A stretch of 63,728 bases of DNA, counting the filler, from Octopus bimaculoides (lineage: Eukaryota): assembly GCF_001194135.2 (NCBI RefSeq). It is 5 parts of 4 records of this genome, joined end to end, with 100 filler letters (N's around TTAATTAATTAA, not from the genome) between each part and the next. Parts side by side here need not be neighbours in the genome. Positions count along the whole stretch, not along the records: positions 1 to 25,621 come from NC_068983.1; 4 more parts are not named here. One strand, written 5' to 3'. Below the pieces are notes generated by a model. That model had not been told where the DNA came from. It saw only the letters and a program-made list of their open reading frames with translations, and did no database searches. Each line of letters opens with the position of its first letter. Within the stretch, counting starts at the first letter, position 1. A program made the position numbers and the translations under genes. Of the stretch, positions 11,995 through 25,621 are shown piece by piece.

Positions 11995-13316
11995 AGTATG
12001 TATACATACATATATATATGTGTGTGTGTTTGTGTGTGTGAGTGTAAATGTGTGTATGCACGCATATGTATGTATATATGTGTGTACGTGTGCGTGCATG
12101 CTTGTGTGTTGCGTGTGTGTGTTTGTGTGTAATCGAACTGGGAACTGGCAGAAATAAAATCAGTGACCAATAAAATCAATTTATGAGTTCTATTAATCGA
12201 ATTGTTCGTAACAATATACTGGACGGTACGAGCAAATGTAAACTACTACAATTTATGGCAAATCAATGAATTACTGAAACTGCAATAAATACATGAATAA
12301 GAAAAAAACGCATAGACTCAGCATGTTCTAAACTAAGTGCGCACTACATAAATAGCATCTATAATAATGCGGACTAAAGGCAGCAAAATAACGTGATAGG
12401 CACTATTGAATCTTCTTCGATTATATGCATGTAGCAGTAATGCTGCTGAGTTGTAGCTATATAATAATAGCACAAGTGCAACGCGTACTGTTTAAAAATA
12501 AGAGTTTAGACACGCCAGTAAACCATGCTAGACAGCTTTGACAAAAGAGAACACTTTATACAATGTAGGTTGCTATACAAAAGATATGCCAGAGCGGGGG
12601 GTAAAAGGGTGAATGAAAATAATAAGGTCATATATAGGATACGTCTTTCATCATTTAAAGATATATTTACTTGTATCATGACAAAAGAAAAAGTAAAAAA
12701 ACATAGATAAGAATGGACCATTTTGTGCCTTAATGAAAAAACACGATTTGATAAACTAGATTCTATTTCTGTTGAACGCATTTCGTTTACATCTTGCTGA
12801 GCCGAACTGCTTCTTTGCGTATTATTGCACTGTTGCTACCATGTATCGATTTGTCATAAATTGTGGTATTTTACTAATCTTTCGATAACGTTCAGTATGA
12901 TCTGACCAGCAATTCGATTAATACAGCTCATAAATTGATTTTCTTATTCATTTTCTCTCATATTTTTTTTACTCGATTCTTCTAGTGTTCTGTGATTTCC
13001 ACATTTGTAAATATCATTATATCTCTCTTCAATTCTTTCTATAATTCTCTATTGTCCTTCGCTCCACTCTTCTCTCTCCCTTTCCTTCTTCCTCTCTTAC
13101 TGCATATATATATATATATATATATACATACACACACGCGTCATCTCACATATATATACCGACATAGATCCATATATGCAACTCTATATGTATGTATATA
13201 TATATATATATGTATATATATACACACACACACATTTATAAATATATATATATGTCTGTGTGCGTGTGTATATATGTATGCATGTATGTATGTCAGCACG
13301 TAAGTACGCATGTATG

Positions 13317-13348
<32 letters not shown>

Positions 13349-14169
13349 CATGTGAGTGTGTAGATAAATTACAGTACGTTTGTCTCGCAGTATGTGTCTG
13401 GCTGTTCGCTTTTGTACATAGAAGTTAAGATAAGTTAGTCTCCACATTTCTCTGCCATTCGCTCTCTTTGTCTCTACTATTTTCAGATATCTATTGTTTT
13501 ACACCTAGTTAAGCAAACATTCCTACCTACAGGCACACACACATAAACGTTCAAAACTATAAGTTTGCAAATACACACACAGAACCATACACATAGCCAC
13601 ACACATACACAACCACACACAAACACACACACACACACACACATGCAGACACGCATATCCGTACACCCAACACATACGTATGTATATTAGTAATCATGAT
13701 GATGATGATTATCATGGACATGATCATCATCATCATTATCATGTTCATATCCATCATCATCATAAGGCATTCACGCATCGACAAAAGCTGACTTTCTTTG
13801 GTTACAAAAAATATGTCATATTCCTGACAATAATATGTCATTCATCATCTACACCTTAGATCCGCTGTGATTGTTCTTTTTGGACAAAGTGGGAGAGATT
13901 CTGGGTCAACTAAGGAGAAAGGTCTGTTGCTTGAGGTGTAAGAAAACAAAACAACAACAAAACAGCAAGGCAGCATGATATGCACAGCAACAAGTTCATC
14001 TTCATAGTTAACATGAGAAGCAGTGGAGCATGGGTAGAATATTATAATATAGGTTATGATTGACAGAGAAAAAATATAAATGAACTTAAATTTTATACTC
14101 TAGGACTGTTAACCTTGTCAAAGTGGCAGGTAATCAACAATTTTGTTATTATCTCTTTATCACAGGTTT

Positions 14170-14860
14170 TGTTGGAGCTCCTGGAGTCTGCATTCGTAGC
14201 GGGCTTACTACATGCAGCCTTAGCTGCCATGTACTTCACTCTTTTCAGCTATCTAATACTTTCCCGATTATACTGGCCGTGTCAAGCAGGCAAAGCTTTT
14301 GTAACAAATCTACTAAGCATTCTATTCCAATTTCCTTTATATTCCTCTTGATGCTTTCTGATACAGTTCCAAAGAACCCAAAAATAATTTGCACTATCTT
14401 CACCTTCTTCATTTTCCATAGCCGGGCTATTTCGTATTTAAGAGAGTTGTATCTATCTATCTTTTGCCTTTCCTTCTTGACTATTCTTGGGTGACAGGGG
14501 CATGCAGCATCAACTATGTAACATATGTGGTGCACCTTGTCCACCACCACCACTAGGCCCAATCTTTTATGTTATAACACATGATCTGTTTGCATTGGGA
14601 AATCCCAGAATATTTTGCTAGTCTCCGACTCCGCCACTCTCTGTGGTTTGTACTCATGCCACGTCTTGCATCACTCTAGCCCCCCCCCCCGCTATTTTCG
14701 CACAGTTTCCAAAGTAGCACTTTCGCCACACTTTGTAGTGGTTCTGGGCAAGTCTAGGGCATTCGTTCCTGATATGGGGAATGGCTTCATCCACTCTATT
14801 GCAGATGCCGCACAGCGGAGACACTTGCTCATTCCTAAGGTTGACCCTCCAGTTCGTGGG
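14170..14860 (-). mobile_element. R4/Dong-type LINE 3' fragment
   Basis: CCHC (CGICNRVDEAIPHIRNEC) in ORF 14654-14938 and REL domain (IVDAACP..KIDRYNSLKYEIARLW..LLQKLCLLDTASIIGKVL) in ORF 14245-14562. Confidence 0.8.
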
Positions 14861-14861
14861 C

Positions 14862-15005
14862 GGCGAGCTGGCAGAATCGATACCACACCAGCCAAAATGC
14901 TTAACGCCGTTTCGTCTGTCTTTACGTTCTGAGTTCAAATTCCGCTGCGGTCGACTTCGCCTGTTGTCCTTTCAGTGTCGATAGAATAACTATCAGTTGA
15001 AAACT
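14862..15005 (+). mobile_element. tRNA-derived SINE (family A)
   Basis: GGCGAGCTGGCAGAATCG..GAGTTCAAATTCCGC A/B-box-like head; other copies ~15092-15205, 38690-38865, 40117-40325, 41070-41282 (+) and ~2745-2830, 30055-30230, 47395-47530 (-). Confidence 0.75.
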
Positions 15006-16117
15006 GATGTCCATGTTATCGACTAGACCGCACCCTCAAAACTGCAGGCCTCATGATTTTAAGAAAGACTTATTATCATTATTATTATTAAGGCGGTTGG
15101 GTGAGAGAATCGTCAGCACGCGGGCATAATGCTTAACGTCATTTCGTCCGTCTTTAGCTCTCATTTCAAATTCCGCCGAATTAGGCTTTGCCTTTCAACC
15201 TTTCAGCTCAAGCTCAAACAAGCATCACCCCTAAAGACCTATCCATGACATCATTCCCTTCGTGCAATGCTTAAAGTAAATGTCGGATAATGAAACTGGT
15301 AGGTGCGGATCACCTCAGTATATAGAGTCATATGTTCGCTGATAATCGTGAATGGCCATCTACAGAGACATTGAATACAAAGCTTTTGATTCATTACTGC
15401 GGAAATTAGATCCATGCCGCAAGAAGTTAGACGCAGTAGATCGATGTAGTTATATGCGGCTACCTCACTCTCAAAGTGGCGGAGACAAAGTCAAGCAGGT
15501 GATCAGTGTTGTTGTAAGTGACTACGGAACGTTGACAGGAGCAAAAATTTACCTATTAAAAGTCAGTAGGCTTGCAACACAGCAGTCCCGATGAAGGGTT
15601 TTTGTAACTTCTAAGAAGAAGAAATTTTGGAAATATTACTTTATTTGCGTGTTATATGTATGGCTAAAATTTCATCAACATCAAAAATGTATGAATTTTC
15701 CTGGGGGTTATGGACGTTATGCATAGAATATAATTTCCAAATTTCATAAAGATCCATTAAGTACTTTTAACGTAGTTTTGGATAAGAAAACAAATGATTA
15801 ATGTGTGTGTTTGTGTGCATGCCTATGTGTGTGTATGAGTGTATATATGTATAGATATCTGTATGCATGTATATATGTGTATATATGTGCACATATTACA
15901 TACACATCTATGTATATACATCTACACATATACATGTATACATATAGATCTATATTTCTCTGTATAAATATCTATACGTATACGTGTACATATACATCTC
16001 TATGTATACATATACACTCTCTCTCTCTCTCTTTATATATATATATATATATATATATNNNNNNNNNNNNNNNNNTGGGGAACTTCGTTTACATGATGCC
16101 CGTGTTACATCTTATAC

Positions 16118-16359
16118 CTTTTACAGTCTTCACAAAGCATTAACCAGAGGTCATAATGTCGGCATGTTGTCACTATGCGAATAATCATTATAAAGACAAC
16201 TCTTTTCCAATACTCTGATAGCTTCCAGTTCTTCATTTCAGCTAACTTTTTCTCAACTATAACTTTAATCTTTATGCTTTCAAACGGCGTTGACTGTTCA
16301 CATCAAACTGTTCCTGAAAGAAAAAAAAAAAAGAAAAGTCGTCTAGTTTAGTCCGAACC

Positions 16360-16397
<38 letters not shown>

Positions 16398-17214
16398 GTG
16401 TATTTGGATATATATACGTATGGGCATGCACGATCCTAGGGATATGCACGTGCAAGTACGAGTTTGAGCGTGTGTATGTCCGTGTGCCAGTTTATGTGCT
16501 TGTGCCGGTGTATGCGTGAGTGTTTCGAAGCAGTGTAATCGTCTGCCGAAAAGTAATACCCTTGTAATGAAGTACACCAAATTATTGATGTTCTCATCTA
16601 CTCTTGTCACCTGAAAAGGACTGAAGCTGGATGGGTCGATTTAAAACCTGAAAACATCGACGCTATTGTTCACAAATTGCGAAACAAATTGAATTGGAAA
16701 AATATAAATAACTAAATAACAATTACGTTACAATATTCTGAACCGTATTTAGTTCATTCAATTAGAAGTACTTTAAGTTGTTTTAACGAAGTTATATGAA
16801 TATAATAGTCATGTAATTTTATATAATCTGTTGGTCATTTTGTCTCTTTTTGGCTTCATAAGTACTTTACTTAGTACAAATAATCTATTTTCAATAAATA
16901 CGAGCCAGCGATTCTTGGCTGGCTTGGTTGGCTGTGAAATTATTGATTTTGTTAGATGGCCAGATACAATGGAATGTTCTCCAAAATTCACAACCTGTTT
17001 GTTACTACAAGTTAAGATATGCTTCACAAAAGGTAATAATATAATAATTGTTTGTAAAAGAAATAAATTATGTTATAAGCATTCGTATAATTAGAACAAC
17101 TCACCCTAGTGACGAAAGTGGCCTTTATATATATCTGATACAATTAGTTTTCTCTCTCTTTTGGACTTAGTAATTTTGGGAGCCCATAATAGAGATTTGG
17201 CAATCATGCCTGAG
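16118..17214 (-). other. Candidate cluster of four spliced exons on the minus strand (unknown transcript)
   Basis: AG/GT-bounded segments 17214-17105, 16994-16902, 16610-16560, 16313-16118; three have good polypyrimidine acceptors. No homology recognised. Confidence 0.3.
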
Positions 17215-17447
17215 CTACAAACGAAAAACTTTTAAAGTTTACTTTCTGATCATAACCTTTCCTCTCTGAAACTATTTATCAATCCGTCTCTAAAGCTGTC
17301 GTTCTTTAGCCTTATGATATTATATAATGTGTGTGTGCGTCTATGGAGCTACCTCTGTTTACGTATCGATGTGTACATATATGTACGTATCGGTCTCCAA
17401 CCCTCGTTCACTTTCTTTCTCTCTCCCTCCCTCAGCCTACACACAAA

Positions 17448-17481
<34 letters not shown>

Positions 17482-17498
17482 TACACACACACACACAC

Positions 17499-17548
<50 letters not shown>

Positions 17549-17825
17549 TATGATCCAATATACCTAAGAGGTCAATTAAATCTTGTTTTCGTTCATGTTA
17601 TATAGGTTTGTTATGTGTCTAGTAGCAATGCGCATGGATAATTTTAACTTGGCAATAGCTAAACATTGGAAAACGTACCGCTGTGGTTAAGCCGCAGAAG
17701 TGAACACAAATCAGGTTAGCACCATTATTTATTTAATTCAGATTTGGATTAGATCTCAGAAATTATAGAAAATGAACGTTGAATAAATGTAGCTGGATAT
17801 TGCTTTTTATTAATAAAATATCACG

Positions 17826-17859
<34 letters not shown>

Positions 17860-19149
17860 CACACACACATACATATATACATACATATATGCACACTCAC
17901 ATACATACATGCATACATAAATACATACATACATACATAAATATTTACATACATACATAACATACATACATACATACATACATAGTTATCGAATAATCTC
18001 TCTGCCACGCTCACTCTCTACCTATCCAACTCTCCCTCGTGGTTGAGTTGCAAGAAGTTTGCTTTTTAATCACATGGTTCCATGTTCAGTCCCGCTGCAT
18101 GACACCTTGGGTGCATTTCTTCTACTACAGCCTAGCCCGACCAAAGCCTTGTGAGGGATTTGCTAAATTGATACTGAAAGAAATCTGTCGTATATGTGTC
18201 TCGTTGTGCCTTTTTTGCCCCCAAACCCTGCCGCCGCTTGACAATCGGCGTTGGTGTGTTAACGTCCAGACAATTTAGATATTCGGCCAAAATAACCGAT
18301 TTTATAATTATCAGGCTTACTATCAATAAATACTGGTACTTATTCCAACGGTTCTTTGCCGAACCGCTAGATACTTGATGTAAAAAGATATCAACACAGG
18401 CTATCAAACGATGGTGTGGGATAGACAGAGGTACAAAGACATGCACACATAGATGTGATTTTCCAGAAACCGACTGAAGAGGAAATCTGCTGCGAACGGT
18501 TCGTGTATCTTGTTTCTGTCCTGTATTTTGTTATGTTACTTTCTATTTTCCGTATGTTGTGTTTTGTTTGATTTCCTCTTATTATTTACTTTTTGTCACA
18601 CACACACAGACACACACACACACACACGCACACGCACAAACACACACACACACACACACGTATAGATAAATAGATATATACAGTGGGATTCTTTCAGTTT
18701 CCGTCTACCAAATCTATTCAAAGGCTGTGGTCGGCTGGATGCTATAGATTAAAACACTCGCCCGAGCTATCATGCAATGAGAATGGACCACGGACCATAT
18801 AGTTGGGAAGCAAACCTCTTATCACACAGCCATATGTGTGCATACTCCTCTACTCTTTTACTCGTTTCAGCCATGCGTCTGCAGTCATACTGGAGCACCA
18901 CCGGGGTCTTTCTGATTTCCTCAGTCAGTGGGGTTTCACATCATCATTCTTGTATGTGCAGTTGTTCCATCTGATGGTTCATTTGGTGTATAAGGAAATT
19001 TGATCCCGCTTCCCTCGTCTGCGCTTCATGTCGGACTGTTCTTTCAATAAAAGATAACAAATTGATTCTTGCCCTTTAAAAATGGCAAAACCAGGTGGTT
19101 ATCTAAGGGTGGATTGTCTGGATTGGTTATCATTTTCATTATCATTGTC

Positions 19150-19194
<45 letters not shown>

Positions 19195-19474
19195 GGTGTA
19201 TTTTTGTGTGTGTGTGTGTGTGTGCCAGTGTATCTGAAAGGAGTGTCAATGGAAAAGAGATGGAAAGGAAGAAGAAAAAATTGTGTTTGCATTTATAGAG
19301 CTGGTCAGTTCTTTCAATAGATGACAATTTGGTTAATAACAGTAATTTAGAAAAATTGTCTGGATTCATTATCATCGTCATCATCATCATTGTCCAATGT
19401 TTGATTCTGGAGCTGGTATGATTTGGAAAATCTGGATGTGTATGTTCATGTGCGCATCTGTTTGTGTCATTGCT

Positions 19475-19532
<58 letters not shown>

Positions 19533-21829
19533 TGTGTGTGTGTGCACGCGTGTGTACGTGTGTGTGTGTATGCTTGTGTGTGTGTGTGTGTGTGTGCCAG
19601 AGATTTTAGCAGCCATGTAGCTTTACCCTCAGCCCCAACCTCCCACTCCATTGTGCTGTTGCTGTCCTAAGAACCAAGAAAAAAAAGATCAAAGAAATAT
19701 GTGAAGGTGCAGTTCGTGTATTTCTCTGAGTATGCGTGTTCGTCCACGGTGTTGCCACCCACTAATTTAATTCGTAGATTAGCCTTACTTAATGCTCTAG
19801 TGCTACTATAATATCCCTGATCCGCAATACCTATCCTTTTGATATGTCTCTCTGTATGGAATACAATTGTTATCTGTAGGATGAACACACAAGTTAACTG
19901 TTAGGTTAGAAATACAGTGTATAGCTTTCGATATACCGAGGGACGGTCCAGAAACATGACAACTACCTACATAGAAGTGACTGCACGCAGCATAGGAGAG
20001 CGTGTAAGTGAAAATTGGCGGGAGTTCAAAGAAGGGAAAAGCTGGTGAGTGTTCTACAAAGACGTTCATGCAGAATATGGAAGCTCTATTAATAACATAG
20101 ATGCTAAAGTACTAACGACAAATAGACCTGACACGACACATAGATAAATTATAGAAGCTACAGACATAACAGTAGACAGACCGAGTTTCAATAGAAAACA
20201 GGACTGGATGAGAAACACCCACCACCACACAACACCACATCACTAAAGACAGTAGAAATGTGAAGAGAGTGGAAAAATGGAAGAAAAAATCCGTAAATAA
20301 TACACAGTTGGACACAAACTAATACACAATAGACATATATACACTTACCTGGGATACATATTAGAACTAGAGATAGATGCATAACAAATAGATAGATAAA
20401 TAAATATATAAATAGATAAATAAACGAATATATAAATATATCTGCCACATACCTGTGGTAGATATAAGACAGAGATATATAAGATAAATAAATCAAACTA
20501 TAAATATGGCATGGATGCATACGAAGCGAACCTATGCACACACACACACAAACACACATAAAGCCTCATGGACGGCCGTATGCATTTAACAACACAACTA
20601 GCACAGTCACCAGCAGCATCGGTGCCGACGATGCCAATAACACCAGCAACTACCAGGATGGCAACACCGTGGACGAACATACATACACAGAGGAATACAG
20701 GAACCATACCGACCCTTTTTTCTTTTTTCTTTTTCTTTCTTTTTTTTCTTCGTGTCTTAGGACAGCATAAGCACAATGGGGTGAGAGGTAGGGGTGAGTG
20801 GAAGGTCACATGGCTGCTAAAATCTCTGACACGCACACAAGCATACACACACACACACACATACACACACGCATACACACATCCCCACACGCAAGGACAA
20901 ACGCATGCGCACATACAGATATACATCTTAGAAGAACAGAATAGAGTGGAACAAGAACACACACGGAAACGAAAATGTTGTCACTGAAGAAGTCACAGAT
21001 ATGTGACGAAAGATTTCCAGACAATGGACAATAAGAATAATAAATTAACAGTCATAAACGAGTGAAAAAAAAATGCATTGCAAATGAAAAAAAAAAAAAA
21101 TAAATAAAAGGACCATCACGAAATACAAAATATTTCAGTCTTTAAATTATTCTGTTTTTCATAGACGTTGAGAATTATGGCTCACTTTTGTCATTACATG
21201 GTTGACTTCTATAGTTAATTTTTATATTCTGTTACTGATTACTACAAGTAATAATGTTCGTAGAATAAATCTAATAAGTGATGTCTACTACTCTTTAGTG
21301 AGGCCAATATTCTAGGTAATTTAGAGTGATGAGCTTGTGACGTTACCACCCTGAAGAAGGCTATATGGTTTACGAGAGTGAGAAAACTCAATACAGCTGT
21401 ACAGAATATAATTTTATAAAGTAGTATGTTTTAATTAATCTTCCATTGCGGCACTGATATAATTATATGCATTGAGTTAAATAAATATGCTTAGGTAACT
21501 GTTTTCAAAAATGATCTGTGCTATGTGCTCTGCAAATCATGAGTTTTCTAAGAGTATATCGTCGTTTAAGAAAACAGCATAAGGAAGAACATGTCAAAGT
21601 TTATAACGCAATTGGAAATATAAGTCTAGTGAAAATATAAGTCTGCATATGCAACTGAAATCTGTAGAAGGTACACCATTAATGTAGAAGGGCTAGATGC
21701 ATAAAATATAAGTAAGTGGTATTTTACATTAAAATGAATAAAAACAATCATAAGTATGTGTGCGTATGTATGTATGTATGCATGCATATTCATGTCAAGT
21801 TAAATACAAAAACAATTTAGAATTAACTT

Positions 21830-23170
21830 GAAGGGTTCACCCATTAAATGATTCCAACACTTCGTCCCGTAACTGCGCCAAACAGCATAACATTATGTCT
21901 TAACCAAGTACATCCACGCTCATGGTTAAATTAAATACTAGTTTTACTCAAGATTGTTTTGTGAACAATTTTGTGAGGTTCCTTTGTGAACCAAGATGGG
22001 ATCCAATTATGTAAATCACTTTGTAGGACACGATGTAGATCAAATATTTATCCAATTCCTGTAGCCTATTCTAGAACTGTACAGTCGTTTTATTGGCGAC
22101 TCTGTAGGTGCTAACAACCTTACCAGAAAACGGCTTCTAAATTTCATCTCTTTCATTAACTCTTTACAATCTGCTTTGGAATATGATTCCTCCTCAGTCA
22201 ACACACTCGACAAATTTCTCGACATCTCCACCACTAAAAACCTAATTCACATTTCCATCTACGTGTACTGCAAACAACTGATACACATTTAAATTTCCAT
22301 TACTATATCTCTTAGCCCTAAGGCAGGAAGTTACAGTAGCACTACTATAACCATCCCCTTGATAATTTACTGTACCATATTAATTATTTCGGCTCCACCA
22401 ACTCTGTAGCACAAATTCGGATATCGAATCCCTACAAGTAATAATGTGACATTTTGTAACGGAATCGAGAGTACCTTTGACCATTTGTGGATTCTGCATC
22501 CGGTTGGTCTAAAACATCGACAATGTCTCCTACCAATGTTACACAAATCTAAAACCTAGATCCCAATCCATTGAAAAGTTAAACGCATTTGCAGCTTCCG
22601 AACTCTGAACCAAAAACCATTTTGATCTTTCCAGCGCCACCTCTCATCACCTTCAAAGAAGATAGGAAGCTTGCGGACCTCCGAGCTAGATTCCCCGCAG
22701 CAACCAATTTCACGCAATGAAGCATCTTAAGTTTGTTCGATGATGATACAATACCTACTGTTACAGTAGCACTACTATAACCATCCCCTTGATAATTTAC
22801 TGTACCATATTAACTTGCAAATCGCTGCTCATTTTGCAACATTATATGCTATACCATCTGCAAACTTTGCAGCACCTTTCATTTTGGGATAACAGGCAAT
22901 CACCTTACCGAGTGCTATTGGGAGAACATTCAAAATACGCTAATACGTATGTCGGGCCAAATCTGCCGTCATTCACGTCAACACATCAGGTCATTCCATT
23001 ATCCTGTGTGAAGCATACCATACCACGTCACGGAAGGTTTGAAACGAATTTTTTTCTTTAAATCTTAAACACCCTCTTAGTTAAAAAAGAAAATCCTTTC
23101 CTGACCTCTCAACTCATATCACATCTTATTTTCCCATCCATCCTACACTTAATTTCGTCTACATAACTTC
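21830..23170 (+). mobile_element. Penelope-like element, heavily degraded (RT + GIY-YIG)
   Basis: GTKMGSNYVNHFVG..ELYSRFIGD..KFLDIS (Penelope RT motifs), FxRLHQLCS, then TCKS..LLGEH GIY-YIG remnant (ORF 22789-23061). Confidence 0.7.
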
Positions 23171-23292
23171 CTCAGTAAATACTTCGATATCATTTTGAAA
23201 CCCAGTTTATAATAATTTTCTTATTTTTGCGCACATACGCATAACTATATATACACACACACATAAAATATATACACTCACACATACACACA

Positions 23293-23330
<38 letters not shown>

Positions 23331-23385
23331 TGTGTGTGTGTGTGTGTGTTTGCATATATGTATATTACATGTGTGCTTGCGTGTA

Positions 23386-23416
<31 letters not shown>

Positions 23417-23539
23417 ACATAAACTTATATATTGGGAAAAATAAATTTCGTTTCGCATATATACAGAACTAACTGGAAGACATAAATGCATTCATCGTGT
23501 ATTTATGATGATTAATTTGCCTTACCAATATCAAACATA

Positions 23540-23880
23540 TCATTGACATATTCTAATAGGAAAACCCATAATGCGGTAGTTACCGGGAGAGAAACTCACA
23601 TATTGACTTTTGGAGCGAAATTCACTTGTTTATATCGTTAGCGGGGGAAATAAATTCCCGCAACCTCCAGCATTGAGACCACCAAGTCACGTGATTTCGA
23701 ACTTACTTGGTGTTGTCAATGATGGACGCTCGATCTCTTGAGCAGCAGCGAGCTATCTTCACGCCAGCAATATATAGACAGTGTCAGAACAGTGTCAGCC
23801 AATATGGAACGTTCTCTCAGTTTGTTTCTATAGTTTGTTTTAATAGAACATCCGCGCTTAGGTAGTGATAAATATTACCT
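23540..23880. promoter_or_regulatory. Candidate CpG-rich promoter region
   Basis: 14 CpG in 23581-23880 by eye in apparently unique sequence; GTCACGTGA E-box at 23686-23694; CCCATAATGC Staf/ZNF143-like core at 23565-23574; lies just left of the CpG-poor domain. Confidence 0.4.
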
Positions 23881-25419
23881 CTCGGTATTAATACTGCCTC
23901 TGTTGCTAATATATGCTTCTTTTCTTTGTATAAGAGTATTCTGTTGTCTTATAAATAGTAAGAGAAATAAATAGTATAAGAGCATAATGATGTTGTCTTA
24001 TAAATAAAATCAATACCTCGGCATATAGAGGAGATTATCATTTTAAGCAAGAACAAATAGAGGATAAGTATTTGTTTCATTTTACCAGCATGAGTGCGTA
24101 GTACGTTTTTGGAACAGAATTGGAAATTTCGATGTGTGTATATAATCTAAGGGAGATATGTCTGGGCAAGCTCTCTTTGAAAAGAGTGGCAAACACAAAA
24201 TGCATACAGTTATACATGTTACCGGAAAATCAAATTATAAATAAACTGTTAGATAAGAGACATGCTGATTGTGAGAAAAGAAGCATCAATGAAAATTTGC
24301 TTTACAAATAAAAATGTGAGACTGTCGCTATTCAATATGAAGTTTGGCTCGATTAATGTAAATGTCTTGAATAAACGTGTCTACATTGGATACTGATACA
24401 GTAAATCAAAAGGCTGTGGACAAGTAGGTTAAAGAAAGATGTATTGTTGATTCTTTGACATGAATACTTATGAATGATCCCCATTTCATATATTCAATGA
24501 ATAAATATGTTTCCTGTGAGTACCATTCATTTATATTCGTTGACAATTTTTTTTGACAGCTCTATAACTGACACTACTTAATTTTAAGAGAAGGTGCACT
24601 TTCCAACCTTAATAAGCTGATATTTAACTTGTGTAACAAAGTCTATTACATTTCCAGTGTCTCATAATTACACATTATGATAGATCGATGATTTACGAGT
24701 ACAGGAAGATATTCAAATAAAAGTATGGGAGTCATGATTGAAGACAGAAATTTTCTAGATGGTATGTTTTACTGCAGAATCTCCTATAGAAGAAGGTTTT
24801 TATGTGAGCCATGTCCATTCAGAGATGTTATGTTTATGTATTTTTTAGCTACAAATTTTACAGATTCTAATAAAATACTTAAGCATGTTGTAATGTATAA
24901 ATAGCATTGGTGTTTTCGTTACATTCGCAATTTGATGAAACAATATACTTCCAATTAACTGTCAATAAAAGTATCCTATCTAACCCTGTATTACTAGTGA
25001 GAAATTTCTGTAGACAATGCTCAGTTTTCATAAGAAAATGTTTCCGTTAAATATATTATGTATGTATTGTGTATAAATGTATGATTAACACATATGCGTA
25101 TACGTATGCGTCAGTACAGACGCATATACACTCAATGTTTTTAAAACATTGATTAAATATATTAATTAAAATATTAATAAAAAGTATTATGCAAGAACAT
25201 TGCTTAAGCAACAACGTAATTTCATGACTTCGATTGCATGGAGTTTATGATGTCCATGATGATATTATCACAAAATCAGATGTCAGACTAAAAGTATGAG
25301 CTTACAACAGCGGTTTCACATGATTCTTTCACAAAGGTTTTTAAACGAAATAATTTGATATTTCGGAAAAAAAGAAGAAAAAGAAAATTCAGACAGAGGC
25401 TATCTGTATGATATATATA

Positions 25420-25568
25420 ATCTCTGTCTGTTTATTTCTTCATGTTCCTTTCTGTTGATGAGCGTAGGCTTGTAACGTAAAAGACTTTTTCACCTTCCCG
25501 AGAGTTAAACTAATACACCTGTTTGTTGTTTATACACTTGTTTTCGTTTTTGTTTCTCTGTAATTTTT

Positions 25569-25621
<53 letters not shown>

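Noticed and set aside
16902-16994. PH-domain-like look of SGHLTK..KNRWLV..LVYF in the candidate exons
   Set aside because: The spliced frame stops 13 residues after the LVYF-containing exon, far short of a PH fold; may be chance.
22334-22372. TA-CAGTA..TACTG-TA pattern suggesting a 39-bp micro-MITE present twice
   Set aside because: Identity extends beyond the TA flanks and one copy is in-frame Penelope sequence, so the 5-bp inverted ends are probably coincidental.
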